From contig NC_068990.1 in NCBI RefSeq assembly GCF_001194135.2, positions 2,880,733 through 2,944,732 of the forward strand: 64,000 bases of DNA. The letters run 5' to 3'. The position numbers and the translations under genes were made by a program. Source of the stretch: Octopus bimaculoides (taxonomy: Eukaryota). Shown piece after piece: positions 1-13,197 of this stretch (within the stretch, counting starts at the first letter, position 1; each line of letters begins with the position of its first letter). The notes beneath the pieces are model-generated. The model searched no databases. It was not told the DNA's origin and worked only from the letters and a program-made list of their open reading frames with translations.

Positions 1-106
1 ATTCCGTGAGTTCAGCATAATCAATATTCATGCTGCAACGAAGAGGAAGGCAGCCGATTCAATGCATTGTATGTGAGTAGGGAGCAAGTTGGGGCGAGCA
101 AATCAT

Positions 107-156
107 CTTCATCCGTCTTCAACCACTTCATCCGTCTTCAACCACTTCATCCGTCT
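107..156. repeat. 19-bp tandem repeat, about 2.6 copies
   Basis: Unit cttcatccgtcttcaacca at 107-125 and 126-144, partial copy at 145-156. Confidence 0.9.
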
Positions 157-2051
157 CCAGCTCCATATATCTTGACTTAGCGTAGCCACTGAATTGAAGA
201 TGGTCAGAGAAGAAAGACTGAGGCTGGTGGTGTGCAGCTCAGGTTCACCTTAAACAAAATCACTCTGCAAGTCTTGTATCATCTCCAGGAACACTTGATA
301 ATCATCGTCAATCCGACAGTCGAACATGATCGAGTATAGGGGTATGGCGCTGCCTATTATTATTTGCCTTACAAATTCTAATTTTTTATGTTATATTATA
401 ATGTACTGCACTAGCATTAAATGTAACAGGCTGCTTCGAGAAGTTTCCAAATGATCTCTTTACAAATTTTGCATGGCAAAAGTCCTATGGCTTGCAAGTT
501 TATACTCTTCAATTGAAGAATGTTATTTTTGTACTATATACAAAATATGAATTCGCGGTGAGGAATGACAGGCAATGTACAAGTCTTCTGAGAAGGGCAA
601 CCAGATTACACATTTTTTTGCTTTTATATATCTTTGTGCTTTGTGTATTTATGCTGGCTACTTTGTCTGATGTAACTATGTTGATTGACCTGTATCGATA
701 GTGTACTACACAACCTCAGCTAATATAATACAAAACTCGTTAAAATGTAATTTTATAACTTATACTCTACATCTTTGGAGATCGTCATCATCGCAGTGAA
801 TGAACAGGAATTTGCTTTGTTTATTCTCTACTAATTTATGCGTTTTATGACATTCTTTATGCCCTTTATTTATTTTTAAGAATGGGTTGATAAAGTAGTC
901 TGAATTTATTATTGTGCTTGACATTAACGGTTTACGAATAGCAAAGGAGATGACAAAAGTTATCAATAAGATACAAATTATGGAAAGTACTTGTAGTTTA
1001 GTTTACCATAGAAATGTTTATAAACGACGGCCAAAAGTCTATCGGATATTGGAATTCTCCCTTTCATCTCTATGTGTATATATATATATATATATATATG
1101 TGTGTACGTGTACACATATATGTACATATAAATATATATATATATATATATATACATATATGTACATATGTATATATGTATATNNNNNNNNNNNNNNNNN
1201 NNNNNNNNNNNNNNNNNNNNNNNNNNNNNNNNNNNNNNNNNNNNNNNNNNNNNNNNNNNNNNNNNNNNNNNNNNNNNNNNNNNNNNNNNNNNNNNNNNNN
1301 NNNNNNNNNNNNNNNNNNNNNNNNNNNNNNNTATATATATATACATATATATATATGTCTGTATGCATATGCATACACACACACGTACACATGTGTGCGT
1401 TTGTGTGTGTGTGTGTGTGTGTGTGTTTGTGTGTGTATTCGTGCAATTGAAGATTGCATCATTCCATATGTAACTCTGAAGTATGCTTTGGCTACCATGA
1501 ATAATATCATGAGTAAATATGAAATAGAATATGATAATTATGATTGAACTTTTATCTAAACTTGCCTTCTTCTTTGCCTTTATTTCTTTCGCACGGTAAT
1601 CTTCGTTCCTTTACTTGCTTATTATATATTTGTTAATGAAATTTTGCAAATATCCATTCATTCCTTTTCCGTAGTGTACATTACGATTCTGTAGCTGACA
1701 TTAAATTAATTCTGAGAAGAGTTTTAGACATTTTAACATTTCTGATGTTGTTTCCTCATAATTCTTGTTAAAATGGATACTTTTAAATAGCATTTCGCAG
1801 AAATAAATTCCCGAGAATGTATATTAAATAATGTTGATATTTCAAACACATAAACTTTAATGAAGGCCAAAAAATACTATTAAAGTTTCACAGGTAGTAA
1901 TGGAATTCAGGATGCACTAGATGACGGTCGAAAACTCCTTATTTAAGTTTAAAAACCAAAATGTTGTGGTGAACCAAACGGGAGTTATAACTATTTCTTT
2001 CCCTTAATCTCTTTATTTTTCACGCTTATAATATATATATATAAATGAGTA

Positions 2052-2405
2052 CAGGTGTCAATTCATTACGGCCGTTTTAAGCGATTCCTTTAATTGATTA
2101 ATGAAAACATGACATCATTTGAAAGAAACCCTTCTCTTTAGATGACTGCATAGATTTCAGACTTAAAGTAGAGGATACAACTATTTCCGTAACATATTCA
2201 CACATATAATGGAACTCAAAATACTTACATTCCTTCTTTTGCCATATTCTTCCACAGACACGACAGAAGTAACAATGTAAATAGTCTGAGTTCTATCATT
2301 GATGTGAATATGTTAAGAAAATAGTTGTATCCTTTAAGTTTGACGTCTATGCGGTGATCTGAATTAAAGGTGTCGCTTGAAACGGCCGTAATGAATTGAC
2401 ACCTG
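2052..2405. mobile_element. Tc1/mariner-type MITE, 354 bp
   Basis: About 44-bp terminal inverted repeats (caggtgtcaattcattacggccgttt...; about 3 mismatches). TA on both sides (2050-51, 2406-07). No coding capacity. Confidence 0.9.
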
Positions 2406-2820
2406 TACATCTTTGTTACTCATTAATATTTTACTCACCTAACCTGGAATCCGCACTTCAGAAATACAATAGAAAGTACAGGTCAGAATAACCAAGGGCG
2501 GATATGTTCACTTACCTGGTTAGCGTTGTCTGCAAACACAGCTGGAATATCAGGAATAAAAACAGCTGCACGAAGTCTTGCTATACAATATTCAATTAAT
2601 ATATCGGATTATGCCGACCTAGCAAGGTGCCTCAATTTAAGCACCTAATTCAACGGTATCTTAATTATATATATATACACAGACACACACGTTTTTATAT
2701 ATACACACACATATTAACACACACACACACATACACACACACATACACACACACGCACACACACATATCTTTCTCCTATGTTCCAACTAATACCTCTCCC
2801 GTCTGTGCACTCATATCTCC

Positions 2821-2853
<33 letters not shown>

Positions 2854-3314
2854 TATATATGTATATTTTTTTAAGTATATAAATATATAATTAAAGGCTC
2901 TGGAATGCCAGCGCCTATATGCTCATATGTTTGTCTGTGTATTTCTACTGAAGATTACAAAGCAATTTCTATTGCAAGGCATGAAATCTTAAGATATGGG
3001 ATTGTCCGAAATTTTCTACATCTTCTTGCCCATTACCTCGCATTCAACCTAGGGGCATAAATCAAGATTTTATTTAGAGTGGATTGTAAGAATTTGACTA
3101 CTACTTGTAGCGTATAGGCGCTGGTATTCCAGAGCCCTTAATGATAGTTATATTTTATAATTATATACTCAAAAATTAATTTTACTAATACAGTCACCTT
3201 TTAAACGGTAGCCACTGATATAAGCTTTTTTAATGATTATATCCTTAATTTTTATGTATATATTTATATATGTATATTTATATATATATATATATATACA
3301 CACACATACATATA

Positions 3315-3411
3315 TTTAAAATTTAGGGCTCAGCAAGTTTTATTTCACCACACACCGACAATTAGAAGCAATGTGTGGTGAAGCAATACTTGCTGAACCC
3401 TAAATTTTAAA
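3315..3411. other. Long hairpin: 40-bp arms, 17-nt loop
   Basis: 3315-3354 is the reverse complement of 3372-3411 with 4 mismatches. Confidence 0.85.
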
Positions 3412-3582
3412 TTGTGTTTATACATTTACCGATAATGCACTTTAACACACCGAACTACTTGGTAAAACTACTAATTATTAATTAATTATTAACGTTTACC
3501 CTATATCACATACACTATGATTGACCGTTGACTGAACACTATTCAATTTTTTTTCTCCGTGTTTTTCTCCTTGTCTCCGTAT

Positions 3583-3620
3583 TCTTTCTGTTGAAGAGCG
3601 TAGCTCGAAACGTCAAAGAC
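3583..3620 (+). ncRNA. Minimal type I hammerhead-like motif with A6U core change
   Basis: Stem I TCTTT/AAAGA; core CTGTTGA-A; stem II GAGC-gta-GCTC; GAAA-CG-TC cleavage triplet. It lies in a repeat-like segment at about 3545-3710. Confidence 0.55.
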
Positions 3621-3750
3621 TTTCCGTATTCCCGAGCGTCATACTAATATATACTTTTGTTATTTACACCACCTGTCCTCGTCTGTTGTTATTTTTTGTA
3701 TATTCTCCCATATATATATATATATATACATATATATACGCACCTACACA

Positions 3751-3803
<53 letters not shown>

Positions 3804-4098
3804 TAAATACAATAACCATGCAACATACATTTCTGTTATATAAAAATTATTTGTGCCTCTAGAGATACATCATAGTACAAGCTTCATATGAGGAGGGATA
3901 ATCTCGATAATCTAGAATTCTCTAAAGTTGACAGGGAGAAACATTTTATCCAGAGATAAGAGGAAATTTGTTCTGTTTCACAAGAAGTTATCAGAACCAC
4001 TGTTTTCCTAAAGTATCTCCAGAGATTTAGGGTCATAAATATATAGAAAAAGCGGTGATCGCATATATTGCCTTTGTGACTTGCATAACATGAACATG

Positions 4099-4435
4099 AA
4101 GGCGAATTGCTCAGTGGTCAGAGTGTCGGGTCCACATTAATGAGGTAGTGAGTTCGATTACCGGAACGGGCTGTGTGTTGTGTTCTTGAGTAAAACACTT
4201 TATTTCATATTGCATCGTTTCACTCAGCTATAGAAATGAGTTGCGATGTCACTGGTACCGAGCTGTACAAACCTTTGCTTTTCCCCTGGATAACATCAGT
4301 GGCGTGGAGTGGGAAGGATTGTAGACATGGGTGATTGCTGGTCATCCATAAACCACTTTGCCTGGATTTGTGTCAGCGAAGAGAACTTTCTAACTGCAAT
4401 AACATGGTCATTCTTGACCGAAGGGGTCTTTACCA
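4099..4435 (+). mobile_element. tRNA-derived SINE with CORE/V-like central region
   Basis: A box TGCTCAGTGG, B box GAGTTCGATTACC, then gttgtgttcttgagtaaaacactt...cactcagctatagaaatg, which resembles conserved SINE central domains. Confidence 0.7.
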
Positions 4436-5069
4436 ATTTGAACAAAAATGAGAAATACCACACAGTAACAAACGTCATGTATTTGAAAAACACAGGTAAA
4501 TGCCGGTATTCTAAATACCTTACACCCTAAGTCCAAGTCTGATTGAACTTATAAACGCCTTTACAAGATATGACACTTAACAAATGGCATCTCTGTCGAT
4601 GTTCACGCGTGAACATCGTCCATCTTTCTTTTCCTCATGTGATAATCTCTCTTTTCTTTCAGAGATTCCTAAGGACTGGAGTATCCTAACTCTCTTCTAT
4701 CTTTTCTCTTGTCTACAAAAATATTTCTCCAGCGTTAGCTATTTTACCTTCGTTCTGGTCTAACGACCCTCCATGTTTGTTTTCTTTTGGTTTCCGTGTA
4801 TGTCTCCACTGTCCTGTTTTTGTTCCAAACTTTGACCTTCCATTGATTCCAAATTTTATTTTGGTACTCATGGGAGAAACTGTCTTCGAAGACTCATATT
4901 GTCGTTTAATACTCGAAATGAGGAGTAGATAGACAGCCGACAACTGATGAAGGGTTGTTCTTTATCTTACTTGTCATGTTTTCCATTTGTGTCGTTCACT
5001 GGTTGCGTAATGAACTAATTTGTTATGTCATGTTACTTACTCTTGGTGACGCACTGTACCCATATATGC

Positions 5070-5100
<31 letters not shown>

Positions 5101-5108
5101 TGTGTATA

Positions 5109-5157
<49 letters not shown>

Positions 5158-5161
<4 letters not shown>

Positions 5162-5302
5162 GTTCGGCAAAAAGAGACCGATAGAATAAGTACTAGGCTT
5201 ACAAAGAATAAGTCCTGGAGTCGATTTTCTCGACTAAAGGTGGTGCTCCAGCATGTCCGCAGTCAAATGACTGAAACAAGTAAAAGAGTAAAGAGTAAAG
5301 AG
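5158..5302 (+). mobile_element. SINE family B, 3' portion
   Basis: ggttcggcaaaaagagaccgatagaataagtact...tgactgaaacaagtaaaagag, homologous to 8505-8730 and 16130-16260. Short tandem (agtaaag) tail. Confidence 0.8.
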
Positions 5303-5312
5303 TATACATATA

Positions 5313-5720
5313 CAGGGTGCGATGAATAAATATGTACCGAGCGTAATGAAATTCACACATCCAGTCAACCTTATGGTGTTCGGTGTTCGGAGTGATCGAG
5401 TGCCTGGAGGCCTTAATGCTGCCGTGGGTCGAGTGAGTTACTGCTGGAAGAGCCTCTGTCTGACAAATGGACTCTGCACCATGCCACACAAGCATGAGAG
5501 CGCCTTCGTGGCTGTTAGACAAGTTCTGTGTCCAAATCACCCCTAATATCTGGCCACCTAATTCTCCAGTCTGCAACCCCGCTTGATTAATATGAGTGGG
5601 ACGCAGTTGAGAGAGACCAACAAGATTCCTTGTAACACCAAAGACGAGATAAAGACAAGGATTGTGGCTGCATTCACCAACCTAAAGAAGGAGACTGGTG
5701 CTTTTGTTGAGTACATATTT
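5313..5720 (+). mobile_element. Tc1/mariner (maT/DD37D-like) transposase remnant, internally deleted
   Basis: TA-cagggtgc start. Decayed translation VMKFTHPVNLMVFGV...IWPPNSPVCNPLD*YEWDAVE...NTKDEIKTRIVAAF matches the WPxxSPDxNPLDY motif. Right TIR not found. Confidence 0.75.
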
Positions 5721-6457
5721 TTATTTAATAATTTATTAGTTTTTAGGTGTGAAAATGCTTATTTTACCACAGAAATAATTAGAAACGAAAATCAATAAAT
5801 AAATACCTATCGGCCGCAGTAACCTACTCAGGAGTCTGCTTTTTAAATTTACATATATTAGCCAGAAAAATATGCGATATACTGAGAGCGCGATAACTTA
5901 TTAAATGCAGAAAGAGCGTTACTCCCGTCGCACTCTGTGTATATATAAACACGTGCAAATACACACGTACAGATACAAATATGAAATGCAAGCTCAGGAT
6001 CGTCAATGTGGGGCCATCACGACCATAAATTTAAAGATTCAAATACCGGAATGAGCAAAGCATTCTGTCTTCAATAGCCGCATGGGGCTAAGTCCACACA
6101 CATATATAGTAGCTGAAGAAAACTGTCTGGCAAAGGTGCGAGGACTTCTAGATCAAGTGATTTCAATGCCCAGTGGCAATCTTCAGTGATGTCGCGAATA
6201 GGCTGCAGGCGATTTAAAGAAGAAATATCAGCGACAGTGTCAGTATTACTACCGAAATACAATCCCCATATCCTACATCATGTAGAGATATTTTACTATA
6301 CTAAATACTGCGGAATTCGCCATGCTTCTATATCAACTTTAAGTAGGGCAGAAAGATTGTCATTGTTTACATACACATATATATATATATATATATATAA
6401 TGATATATCTACACATATATACCACAAAGATGCATGTATACACACACACATACATAC

Positions 6458-6488
<31 letters not shown>

Positions 6489-6971
6489 CGTGTGTGTGTG
6501 CGTGTGCGTGTTTGTTTGTCTGTGTGACCGACATTGTGCGAGTGCTTTTTTAAGTGTTTATATAACATAAAATTACAATTATTATCATATTTTCTTAAAA
6601 TGGCGAAATGTTTACGAGAGATGTATGCAGATTATTAATTTATATATCTCTTGTTTATACAACGTGTTATCAATCTATGTATCAATTAATTTTGAACTGC
6701 TCTTTTCTCTGGTAATCGTGTAAACAATTTGAATACTAAAGTGAATATGAACCTACATAATTGGAATTGTGTTGGTTAAGTGGAAGCAGATGATAGCGTA
6801 TTATTATTTCAGAAACGTCGAGGCATATTCTCGTACCCACTCAGCCACATACTTTACATTATACATATTCATAAGAATATTAAAACTTATTTATGTGTTT
6901 ATACATATCCGTGTTTATAGATATATGTATGTATGTTACTATATGTGTGCATGTGTGTGTACATACACACA

Positions 6972-7047
<76 letters not shown>

Positions 7048-7167
7048 NNNNNNNNNNNNNNNNNNNNNNNNNNNNNNNNNNNNNNNNNNNNNNNNNNNNN
7101 NNNNNNNNNNNNNNNNNNNNNNNNNNNNNNNNNNNNNNNNNNNNNNNNNNNATATATATATATATAT

Positions 7168-7243
<76 letters not shown>

Positions 7244-8374
7244 CAAGAGTTGTATGTTCGTCGTATGTATGTGAGCTACCTTGCGTCGCATAAGAATTTA
7301 ATCATGCTTTATTATTTCCAATTATCCTTCACGTACATCAAACTTAGATGATTTATGTTACTACATCCTGTTATTATTGTCAATATAAAAAAAAGTTACA
7401 GCGTTTATTTACATATATTTTTATGCACACTATACATTCCTTACCCTGTTGTAGACTTTTAGTGGCTATTTGTCTGATTTTGTAGCATTATTTTAGACTA
7501 CCTATTAAGTTTATTGCAGTTCACACACTCTCTCCTTCGTGTCTCTGGACGTTGACCACTAACTAATTTTCTTCGCCTCGTTATCAACAAAAATTATTTT
7601 TAAGCTGCTTACCACCTCTTTGCTCTTATTATTATGTTTGTATTTCGTAGATACAAAATTATTTCCCCAGTACTATCGAGAACTCTTAGGATTCCCCCCC
7701 CTCCCGAAAAATATATTAACTTCCTTAATAAGAACGCCCTTGGCTTAAGATACATGAACGCACTTTAGCTTACGAAACAAGCTAAGAACGCCTGTGGATT
7801 ATGATATAAACTTCATCCTGTAATAAAATTATCTAACATTAAACGATTCATCAATATTCCATGTTCGAAACAAGTTTACAAATGACAAAGTTTTTGTAAT
7901 AGATTCATTATATTCAAGATTAATTCAAAAAGGCAGTGCATTTCAGCAGAAACATGATAACAGTAATATTGCATCTCCACTTAGAGCTCTCATTCGGAAA
8001 TTACGGGAGTAAATTTGTAAACTTTTATCATAATTGCACTCAACAATTTGATTATATTCAAAGTACCAAAAAATATTGTGGAATATTCAATTTGTATTAT
8101 TCATTTTCGGATGTAGGCCCATAGTTGTAGCATGTGATAAATTACCTAAATTTGAAGCAACAAATAACAGCGTATTTTGTTCCAAATGCTATTTGAATTA
8201 TGATATTTTTCTTTTATTTAATGTATTTTGAATTTAAGTAGAGAAATCATTGATAATGTTATGACTTCGCCAGCTATTGTTCCATGCATTACATTTCTAA
8301 TTCATGCAATACTCTAATATAGTCTTTATTATGCTTGTGTAATGGAGACTATAGATTATATGCTGTCGAACAAC

Positions 8375-8465
8375 TAAACACTCACAACGCCCGCTCTGGG
8401 AATCGAAACCGCCATCCTAAGACCGCGAGTCCGCTGCCCTAACCACTGAGCCATTGTGCCTCCAC
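8375..8465 (-). mobile_element. SINE family C, tRNA-derived head
   Basis: Minus strand ggaggcacaatggctcagtggttagggcagcggactcgcgg...tttcgattccc followed by ttgtgagtgttta; same as the start of the copy at 37865. Confidence 0.8.
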
Positions 8466-8504
8466 ACAAAGTCACGCGGACGCAAACGCACACACACAGG
8501 AATA

Positions 8505-8730
8505 TATATGAGTGTATTTGTCTTTGTGTCTATGCTTGACCTCAACTCTGCTTGAGAAACGGTGTTAGTGTGTTTACAAGCTTATGATGTAGCGGTTTGG
8601 CAAAAGGGACCAGTTGAATAAGTACTAAGTTTTAAAAAATTACTGGGGTGGATTTGGTTAACGAAAATTCTTCAAGACGGTGCCTCAGCATGGCCGCGGT
8701 CTAATGACTGAAAAAAGGAAAAGATAAGAC
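8505..8730 (+). mobile_element. SINE family B, 3' portion (diverged)
   Basis: gcggtttggcaaaagggacc...cagcatggccgcggtctaatgactgaaa, homologous to 5158-5302. Confidence 0.7.
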
Positions 8731-8848
8731 GTATTTACAGGTAATTACTTAGGCAAGATGTATCCTCATGAATAACTACTTTCTTCAGTTTCTGCTATGG
8801 TCTCACGTTTACAACAACACAAAAGTCGCGTACTAATTATCATACACA

Positions 8849-8907
<59 letters not shown>

Positions 8908-9553
8908 NNNNNNNNNNNNNNNNNNNNNNNNNNNNNNNNNNNNNNNNNNNNNNNNNNNNNNNNNNNNNNNNNNNNNNNNNNNNNNNNNNNNNNNNNNNNN
9001 NNNNNNNNNNNNNNNNNNNNNNNNNNNNNNNNNNNNNNNNNNNNNNNNNNNNNNNNNNNNNNNNNNNNNNNNNNNNNNNNNNNNNNNNNNNNNNNNNNNN
9101 NNNNNNNNNNNNNNNNNNNNNNNNNNNNNNNNNNNNNNNNNNNNNNNNNNNNNNNNNNNNNNNNNNNNNNNNNNNNNNNNNNNNNNNNNNNNNNNNNNNN
9201 NNNNNNNNNNNNNNNNNNNNNNNNNNNNNNNNNNNNNNNNNNNNNNNNNNNNNNNNNNNNNNNNNNNNNNNNNNNNNNNNNNNNNNNNNNNNNNNNNNNN
9301 NNNNNNNNNNNNNNNNNNNNNNNNNNNNNNNNNNNNNNNNNNNNNNNNNNNNNNNNNNNNNNNNNNNNNNNNNNNNNNNNNNNNNNNNNNNNNNNNNNNN
9401 NNNNNNNNNNNNNNNNNNNNNNNNNNNNNNNNNNNNNNNNNNNNNNNNNNNNNNNNNNNNNNNNNNNNNNNNNNNNNNNNNNNNNNNNNNNNNNNNNNNN
9501 NNNNNTATATATGTACGCATATATATATGTGTGTATAGATAATTATATATATG

Positions 9554-9601
<48 letters not shown>

Positions 9602-10611
9602 AAAAACATACATATATGCACATGTATACATGCATACATGCATACATACATACATGCATACATACATACATACACATACATATATATTTGCATGTATGTA
9701 TGTCTGTATATTTCTTTAGGTATGTATATAAAACACATTCACAGGAAAAAGGAGTGAGTCGGTGATTTGATTCTTTGTATTTTCTTATATGCGTGGCATT
9801 TCATGAGAGGAACCTATTTGTAGTGTAGTTTCATATAGGAATTTCTTTTATCATCATTATTTCTTTGATCTTTGACCGCAGATGCATTGTTACATCCTCA
9901 TAACAGAACAGATGATTTTAGACGCCTTTGGTCGTTGAGCCTTCACAGTATCAGCATGATTGTTGATTTAGGAGCCACATCTTACAATCTGTGTGTTTAT
10001 AGTGTGTATTCTATTCGTGAGTGTCAAATTATGACTCTACGAGAAAAGAAATCGATGTATTTAAACGATCATTCATTTCTAGAGAGTGATCATATTACCA
10101 TTATCGCTGCATTACATTTCTGTTATTCGGTATCCTGCAGCCGATATAACTTTGTGCTGTTTATAGATAGTCTGAAATATTGCTGGTTCGCTTTCCAACA
10201 AACAGCACCACACTGTTTATGACTGTTTCCAACTGATTTGCCTCCCTGCACTTTCCAATCTATATTACCTATCCACCCTAGAATTTCCCTGGAATTATAC
10301 ATAAAATCAGCAACAACAGTAGTTTTTGAACAATTACAAATACATACATATATATATATATATATGTGCATTTATACATATATACATATGTACACACACA
10401 AATGTACGTTTGCATATATACATATAAGTGTGTGTCTATGCGCATGGGAGTGTGTATTAGAATTTTTATTCTATAGAATTTAAAATTTTTTAAAACAATC
10501 GTTTCACGGATACTGAGAAGGCATTTACTTTCTATCCTCTCCATGATCATCATTATCTCCTGACTAATATCTTTCGTTTTCATTGTCACCGGCCGTGATT
10601 TTCTTTGACTT

Positions 10612-10822
10612 ATATTCTTTTCTACTCTAGTCACACAGCCCGAAATTTTAGGGGAACGGGCCAGTCAATTACATCCACTCCAGTACGCAGCTAGTACTTA
10701 ATTTATCGACTCCGAAAGGATGAAAGGCGAAATCGACCTCGGCGGAATTTGAACACAAAGATAGATGAAGTACCACTAAGCATTTCACCCGACGTGCTAA
10801 CGTTTCTGCCAGCTTACCGCCT
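10612..10822 (-). mobile_element. SINE family A
   Basis: Minus strand ggcggtaagctggcagaaacgttagc...ttcaaattccgccgaggtcgatttcgcctttcatcctttcggagtcgataaattaagtac; many homologues in this window. Confidence 0.85.
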
Positions 10823-10847
10823 TCTCCTATTCATTATATTGTTTATA

Positions 10848-11078
10848 TAATAATGGTTCCAAATTTTGTCACAAAGCCATAAGTTTTTGAAGAGAGAGGA
10901 AAGTCGATTATATTGATCTCAGTAAATGATTGGTACTTATTTTATTAACAACGAAAGGATTGAAGACAAAGTCGACCTCTGCAGAATTTGAAATTAGAAA
11001 ATAAAGGTGGACTCAGAAAAGGTATTTACCACTAAATGTTTTGTCCGGCGTACCAACAGCTCTGTCTGCTCACCACTT
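10848..11078 (-). mobile_element. SINE family A, variant 3' end (A')
   Basis: Same central gaggtcgactttgtcttcaatcctttcg motif; 3' variant ...tgtgacaaaatttggaacc. Confidence 0.7.
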
Positions 11079-11282
11079 TTATTGTTAATATAATAATATT
11101 ATTATTCCTGATTCGGTGCTGAATTGCAAAAATTCAATAGCATCATTATTGGGCACTAATCACTCCAGCCTAGGAGGGCCAACATGAGTAGCAGACACTG
11201 GTTCTGCAGCTAGATACATCAAGTAAAATATATACATTACTTTGCGTCCGCTCACGTAATCTACTACCTCTTAGACACATAT

Positions 11283-11320
<38 letters not shown>

Positions 11321-11670
11321 ATAGTCCATCCTTCTGCACATGATAAATATATATCACCTATATATGACAAGAAAGTCATATCATAACACATCTGTACACA
11401 CGAATAAATTATGTAATATTGTGATACGAGTTTAGGCTTAATAATCTCTGGTTATCTCTGATAATCTTTCGTGACAACTTCTCATAAATAGCATTACGAA
11501 AGGCAACTCAAAAAACTGAAATTAATTCTTGTTCGTTACCATAATTTACGTCAGGCCTGATCAGAATTCTATCCTCCACAGTGTGCAGTAGTACCCATCA
11601 TTGATGTAATCGTATCACGTATCTACTAAAGGACCGCTACATACACAAACATCCTAAAATTCATATAAAA

Positions 11671-11718
11671 GATCCTGACTGGCAAGATCCTGACTGGCAA
11701 TGTCCTGACTGGCAAGAT
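11671..11718. repeat. 15-bp tandem repeat x3
   Basis: gatcctgactggcaa at 11671 and 11686, tgtcctgactggcaa at 11701. Confidence 0.9.
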
Positions 11719-11739
11719 GTAATTACCCAAAGGCCTGCG

Positions 11740-11761
11740 GCTGCTGTTGCTGCTCCTGCTG

Positions 11762-11827
<66 letters not shown>

Positions 11828-12000
11828 TTGTTTCTGCAACATCATCTACTGATGCTACTACAGCAAATGCTACTACACTTTCTACTATTACGACCACTAC
11901 TACTACTAGTACTACTACTGCAACAAATAGTACTACAGCGCTCTTACTGTCGCTGTTACTGCTGCTGGTGCTGTTATTCCCACTGCTGCTGCTGTTGCTA
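11740..12000. repeat. Degenerate (CTA)n/(CTG)n microsatellite
   Basis: Direct reading; explains the poly-V/L/S ORFs in the track. Confidence 0.9.
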
Positions 12001-12484
12001 GCTCCTGACCTCAACACTTCCGTTTTCCTTTCTTTGGTCTGCGGTTTAAGTAAAGTCCCATAAAACCCTAGAGCTGCACAAGAGGTGAGTGGAAATCAGG
12101 ACAGGAACAATAACACTTCGGTTAACGCGGAATGAAATAAAGCTTCATGCCAACGAGCTTTCCTGTGGTTCGAACAAATTGGTTCTTTTAACACACTCCA
12201 TATATTCTTGCATTGTAGACTACCTTCTAAACTCGCCTGCACTCCTCCATCGTACTGCTTACTGTTTCATCTCAAGTCAATTCCTGCTGACAGCTGAACT
12301 TACAATAAACAGGTAAAAGTGGATACCGAGTGCAAAGATAGGAAATGTAGCCGTTTATGACAAGGGAACAAGAATATTTTATAAGGATGCAGTCTGCAGG
12401 GAAAAAATATAGTTTAATAGGATCTATATGTGAAATAAATATTTGAGATTATTTGACATTCGTAAAACTGCCTAAGGCAGCGTC

Positions 12485-12612
12485 TCTGTCCACTCGCTAA
12501 GCTTTGATCGGATCTAGGCGATAATAGAAGACACTTGGTCATGGTGCCTCGGAATGGGACTGAACCCAGAGATGTGATTGTCAAACAAGCCTCTTACCAT
12601 ACTGCCACTACT
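12485..12612 (-). mobile_element. SINE family B, tRNA-derived head
   Basis: Minus strand gtggcagtatggtaagaggcttg...gggttcagtcccattccgaggcaccatgaccaagtgtcttcta, homologous to 15903-16000. Confidence 0.65.
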
Positions 12613-12996
12613 CACTTTTTGTTTATATATACATATGTATATATTTCTTTAAATTTTGCAGCGTGGCTATAAATATACATTATCACAATAATATATTCTA
12701 CAGTACTATTGCATTTATTGTTAGTGATGTTGCTAGAATGTTTGTTAGAAATCTACCTCGTGGATGTTGTATAGAGCGCTAACAACCTAGCTAGAATGAA
12801 ATGTGACTTCAATGGCTTCTGTTGATGGATTCTTCTACTCACCGCATTCGATCACATTTCTTATTTGATTTTCGTTTAAAAAAAAAAAACTATTGATGTA
12901 ATTCTCGACTGTGAATAATAAAGGCAATAATAATAGTTATANNNNNNNNNNACTACTACTACTACTACTACTACTACTACAACGACGACGACAAAG

Positions 12997-13047
<51 letters not shown>

Positions 13048-13197
13048 GCCACTACTGCTTCTATTGCTGCTGCTGCAACAAAAGTTATATCCACTAATAA
13101 TGATAAAAATAATAAAAATATTGATGATAAGAATAAAAATAGTAGTTATTATCAATATCATTATTATCATCCTTGTCATTATTATTATCATTATTCT

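Noticed and set aside
4905-4975. GAAA...CTGATGA read as a type II hammerhead
   Set aside because: Stems I and III cannot be formed convincingly.
6071-6350. Unique-looking segment with short ORFs on both strands
   Set aside because: No recognisable motif or consistent splice sites.
8385-8465. tRNA-like sequence (also 37865, 4099, 39412-39474)
   Set aside because: A/B boxes are present, but there is no clean cloverleaf and each runs into a repeat body; these are SINE heads, not tRNA genes.
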